Positions 61,387 through 64,000 of a stretch of DNA of 64,000 nt are shown one piece after another. How positions within the stretch are numbered: the stretch's first letter is position 1; each line of letters begins with the position of its first letter. Source of the stretch: a virus (taxonomy: Duplodnaviria; Caudoviricetes); IMG/VR virus record IMGVR_UViG_3300027886_000005, positions 2,249 to 66,248 of that record. One strand, given 5' to 3'. A program made the translations under genes and the position numbers. Under the pieces are notes generated by a model, which was given only the letters and a program-made list of their open reading frames with translations, ran no database searches and was not told where the DNA came from.

Positions 61387-62898
61387 GTGGCGACCAAGCC
61401 GATCGTTCAGCCGGAGATCTGGGCCTCGAATGCCCTGTACACCACGGGGCCCTTCATCGGCTCGGCGTCTAAGATGGTGCCGGCGGCGCTCATCGCCGCC
61501 GAGGGCCACCGCCCCGGCGCCGCCAACCCGACGCCGGCCGAGTACGAGAACTCGCAGCAGAACCGCATCACGGCGCTCTGCCAGTGGGTCTTCTCCGGCT
61601 CGTCCGCCGGGGCCGCCGACGCGCACATCGTCGAGGCGAACGCGGCGGGGCGCGCCACGGTCCACGGGCTCACCGTCAACGACCTCGTCAACGAGACGGC
61701 GGCCGCGGTGTTCAGCGCTTCATCGGGCCTCAACCCGGCGCTTCTTGTGACGTGCACGGCTGGCGCGCCAGTGATCGGTGCGGCCCTCGGGAACTCCGCT
61801 GGGTCGGCCTTCACCACCACGCTCGGCACCGGCGCGACCGCGACCGGACTCGACGTGATCATGTTGAACACCCCGGCCGGCGGCGCCGGCTTCCGGGTGC
61901 AGACGGACAACCTCGCCGTCGCCCCGGCGATCAATGTCATCCACGTGGGCCCCACCGCGGCTGCGGTGACCGTGGCGGCGACGGGGACCGGTGCGCAGGC
62001 GATGTCGCTCGAGGCGGACGACGACGCCGCCTTGTTCGCAGACGGTGGCGTCGCCGGGTCGGCCGCGGTCCTCGCGGTCGGCAAGGTGACCGCGGTCGGT
62101 GTGCGCGGCTCTGGCGGCCCTGGCGGAGCGAACGGCGTCGAGGGGATCGGGACCGGGTCGGCGTCGTCTGGGGTGTCCGGACTCGCAGAGCAGCGCGGCG
62201 TCTCTGGCACTGCAACTGACGCCGCTGATGGGTTTGGGGTATACGGAGTGTCGGCCGCTGCTGCAACCACGCTCGCTGGTGGCGTTTATGGAGAGGGTCT
62301 GGGTGATGGCACTGGTGTTTTTGGTGAATCGTCGGATGGCTATGGCGGCCTGTTCACGGCCGATGGTGACCGTCCGCCCCTCTTCTTGACCTCCCGCATC
62401 ACTGATCCGACCAGCACCTTGACCGGCGGTTTGTGGCACCGCTTCTCTCGCGGTCTTTCCACGTACGTGGCGAATTTGCCACGTCTTTTGTGGCACACCG
62501 CAGGCGGAGCGGCGATCGTGTGGGACTACGACCAAGGTCCATCTACGGCCAACGACTCGCCTGACACAATCTTGACGTGCACGCTGACGGGAGCCGATTC
62601 GCCAGTCGTGGCCGGAACCGTGTGGATCATGGTGACGGTGGAGGTCGGTCGTACTTCTGGGACCCCAGACGCCACCATCGAGATTCGGGATTCGACTGCT
62701 GGCGTATCATTTATCACGGATACCATCCCATTGTTTCAAACCGCTGGCGCTGGCGTTTTTGAGCGGACCGCGACGTACATCATCCCGCGTCCGGTATCCG
62801 TCGGGAACCGGACGTTCATCGTCAATATCGGGTCAAGCGCGGCTGGCTCTGACATCAATTGGCGGAACGCCGCTATGGCCATCATCGGCGTATTCTAG
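61387..62898 (+). CDS. Tail fibre/receptor-binding protein
   Basis: N-terminal WASNA..EGHRPG..PAEYENSQQN anchor; Gly/Ala-rich GVxG beta-repeats. Confidence 0.8.
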   Translation: MATKPIVQPEIWASNALYTTGPFIGSASKMVPAALIAAEGHRPGAANPTPAEYENSQQNRITALCQWVFSGSSAGAADAHIVEANAAGRATVHGLTVNDLVNETAAAVFSASSGLNPALLVTCTAGAPVIGAALGNSAGSAFTTTLGTGATATGLDVIMLNTPAGGAGFRVQTDNLAVAPAINVIHVGPTAAAVTVAATGTGAQAMSLEADDDAALFADGGVAGSAAVLAVGKVTAVGVRGSGGPGGANGVEGIGTGSASSGVSGLAEQRGVSGTATDAADGFGVYGVSAAAATTLAGGVYGEGLGDGTGVFGESSDGYGGLFTADGDRPPLFLTSRITDPTSTLTGGLWHRFSRGLSTYVANLPRLLWHTAGGAAIVWDYDQGPSTANDSPDTILTCTLTGADSPVVAGTVWIMVTVEVGRTSGTPDATIEIRDSTAGVSFITDTIPLFQTAGAGVFERTATYIIPRPVSVGNRTFIVNIGSSAAGSDINWRNAAMAIIGVF

Positions 62899-62913
62899 GG
62901 CGCCGCCATGAGA

Positions 62914-63570
62914 TCAGGCGGCGTAGACGCAGATGTTGGTCCATGAGTCGCAGACGGTTCCGTTGAGGCACGGCCCGCCGCCGCACGACAGGAAGCAGAA
63001 TCCGAGGTGCTCGTCGCACAGCATCTCGTCCTCGAGACCGTTGCAGGTGTAGTCCTGAGCCGCGACCGCGTCTCCGGCCGGTGGAACGCAGATATCCCCC
63101 GCGGCGGAGCTAAAGCACAGCGTGCCGTCGCTGCATTTCCCGTCGACGCATGGCCCCCAAAGAACACCCTTCTCCTGGCAATTGGTCGTCTCAAGCGTGT
63201 CTGGGAAGACGCATGTCTTCGTCCCCGGATCGCACATCGCTCCGTTGGTGCACGGCTCGTTGGCGCAGGAGATGACGCAGCGGTCCTGCGCCACGCTGCA
63301 CCGCATCTCGCCACCGACCCACTCGGCGCATTCCCTGGCGAGGTCGACGTCGAATCCGTCCTGGCTTGGAGCGGGGATGCACATGCGGCCGGTGTCGGTG
63401 GTCATGCACTGAAGGTCATGCAGGCAGAGGAATGCAAGGTGATCATCGCACGGGCCGAATGGACCGCCGAGGCCACGGCATTCACCGGGACCGCCGACGT
63501 CACATGCCGAACCGGCGACCATGGAAAGGGGGAAGAGTAGGGAGAAGATGATGGTATTCAGGCGGGTCAT
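62914..63570 (-). CDS. Cys-rich lipoprotein, 'FGPC' family, two tandem domains
   Basis: GSAC-DV lipobox; GGPFGPC...CVFP followed by GVLWGPC...CVYA. Confidence 0.85.
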   Translation of the reverse strand: MTRLNTIIFSLLFPLSMVAGSACDVGGPGECRGLGGPFGPCDDHLAFLCLHDLQCMTTDTGRMCIPAPSQDGFDVDLARECAEWVGGEMRCSVAQDRCVISCANEPCTNGAMCDPGTKTCVFPDTLETTNCQEKGVLWGPCVDGKCSDGTLCFSSAAGDICVPPAGDAVAAQDYTCNGLEDEMLCDEHLGFCFLSCGGGPCLNGTVCDSWTNICVYAA

Positions 63571-63615
63571 TTGGTGTTCCGTGCGCGGGCTTGTCTCTAC
63601 CTCGCCGGTTTAAAA

Positions 63616-64000
63616 GCGTCAAGCTAGCTTGTCTCTCAGGCAGCAGAACGCCCTACAGAGGCGGTGTGTCGACTATGTGCGCGTTTTCCGCGCCGTCCGG
63701 CGGGTAGACGCACAGGCCGTGGCGGTCGTCGCACACGGTGCCGCCCTCACAGTCCCTATCGGCGTTTACCTTATCGCATACCAGGAAGCACAGCCCGAAC
63801 GACTCGGAGCAGGACATCTCCCCACGCCATGCCGCGCATTCGGCGGTCAGCGGGTCGGAGGCGGCCTCGAACTGCGGCAGGCAGATCCGGCCCTCGGGCA
63901 CCTCGACGCAGGCGAGGCCGTCCGCGCATCCGGCGGGCGCCTCGGCGTCGGGGGCACACGGGCCGAACATCTGGCCGACGTCGAGGCACTCTCCGGGCTC
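63616..64000. repeat. Direct-repeat copy 2 (homologous to 1015-1400), including the operator/-35 box
   Basis: Alignment by eye; minus strand GAGACAAGCTAGCTTGACGC at 63616-63635. Confidence 0.9.
63653..64000 (-). CDS. Cys-rich lipoprotein 'FGPC' paralogue, 5'-truncated by the window edge
   Basis: 98 of 105 aa identical to the product of 1052..1498. Confidence 0.85.
   Translation of the reverse strand, partial: EPGECLDVGQMFGPCAPDAEAPAGCADGLACVEVPEGRICLPQFEAASDPLTAECAAWRGEMSCSESFGLCFLVCDKVNADRDCEGGTVCDDRHGLCVYPPDGAENAHIVDTPPL

Noticed and set aside
58491-62898. Invertible tail-fibre cassette (Mu G/P1 C type)
   Set aside because: No invertase gene or flanking inverted crossover sites were found, and each gene has its own start
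63616-64000. Simple terminal overlap from a circular assembly
   Set aside because: The copies are not identical and the sequences left of each copy encode different genes
1-64000. CRISPR array, rRNA, IS/transposase, integrase
   Set aside because: No regularly spaced repeats or recognisable catalytic motifs were seen

Overview
A GC-rich, apparently near-complete contractile-tailed (myovirus-type) phage or prophage genome. The host is inferred to be a myxobacterium such as Nannocystaceae, from Thr/Ser-linker and Cys-rich lipoproteins; this is not proven. Gene order: Cys-rich lipoproteins, lysis (amidase), then leftward recombination/repair genes (DEDDh exonuclease, Sak4-like ATPase, PD-(D/E)XK nuclease, UDG-like, DnaA-domain-IV protein). 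These are followed by primase-helicase, RusA-like resolvase, methyltransferase, terminase, two convergent sigma-70-like genes, portal, protease/scaffold, capsid, a tRNA-like RNA, neck, sheath/tube, chaperone with a -1 frameshift, tape measure, baseplate, tail fibres and more Cys-rich lipoproteins. No integrase, CRISPR array or reverse transcriptase is visible. The most striking features are non-coding. (1) About 25 accessory or early genes, many inserted between virion genes, start 6-9 nt behind an extended -10 box embedded in a dyad (best copies GAGACA-N8-TGTCTC); about 18 virion/lysis genes start behind a different box, TA(C/G)CCTCGCC. (2) An 84-bp highly structured element occurs twice, identical and inverted, 36.5 kb apart, with compensatory changes in its outer stem. 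(3) A family of Cys-rich 'FGPC' lipoprotein paralogues lies at both window ends. All protein family calls come from motif recognition by eye, not from database searches.
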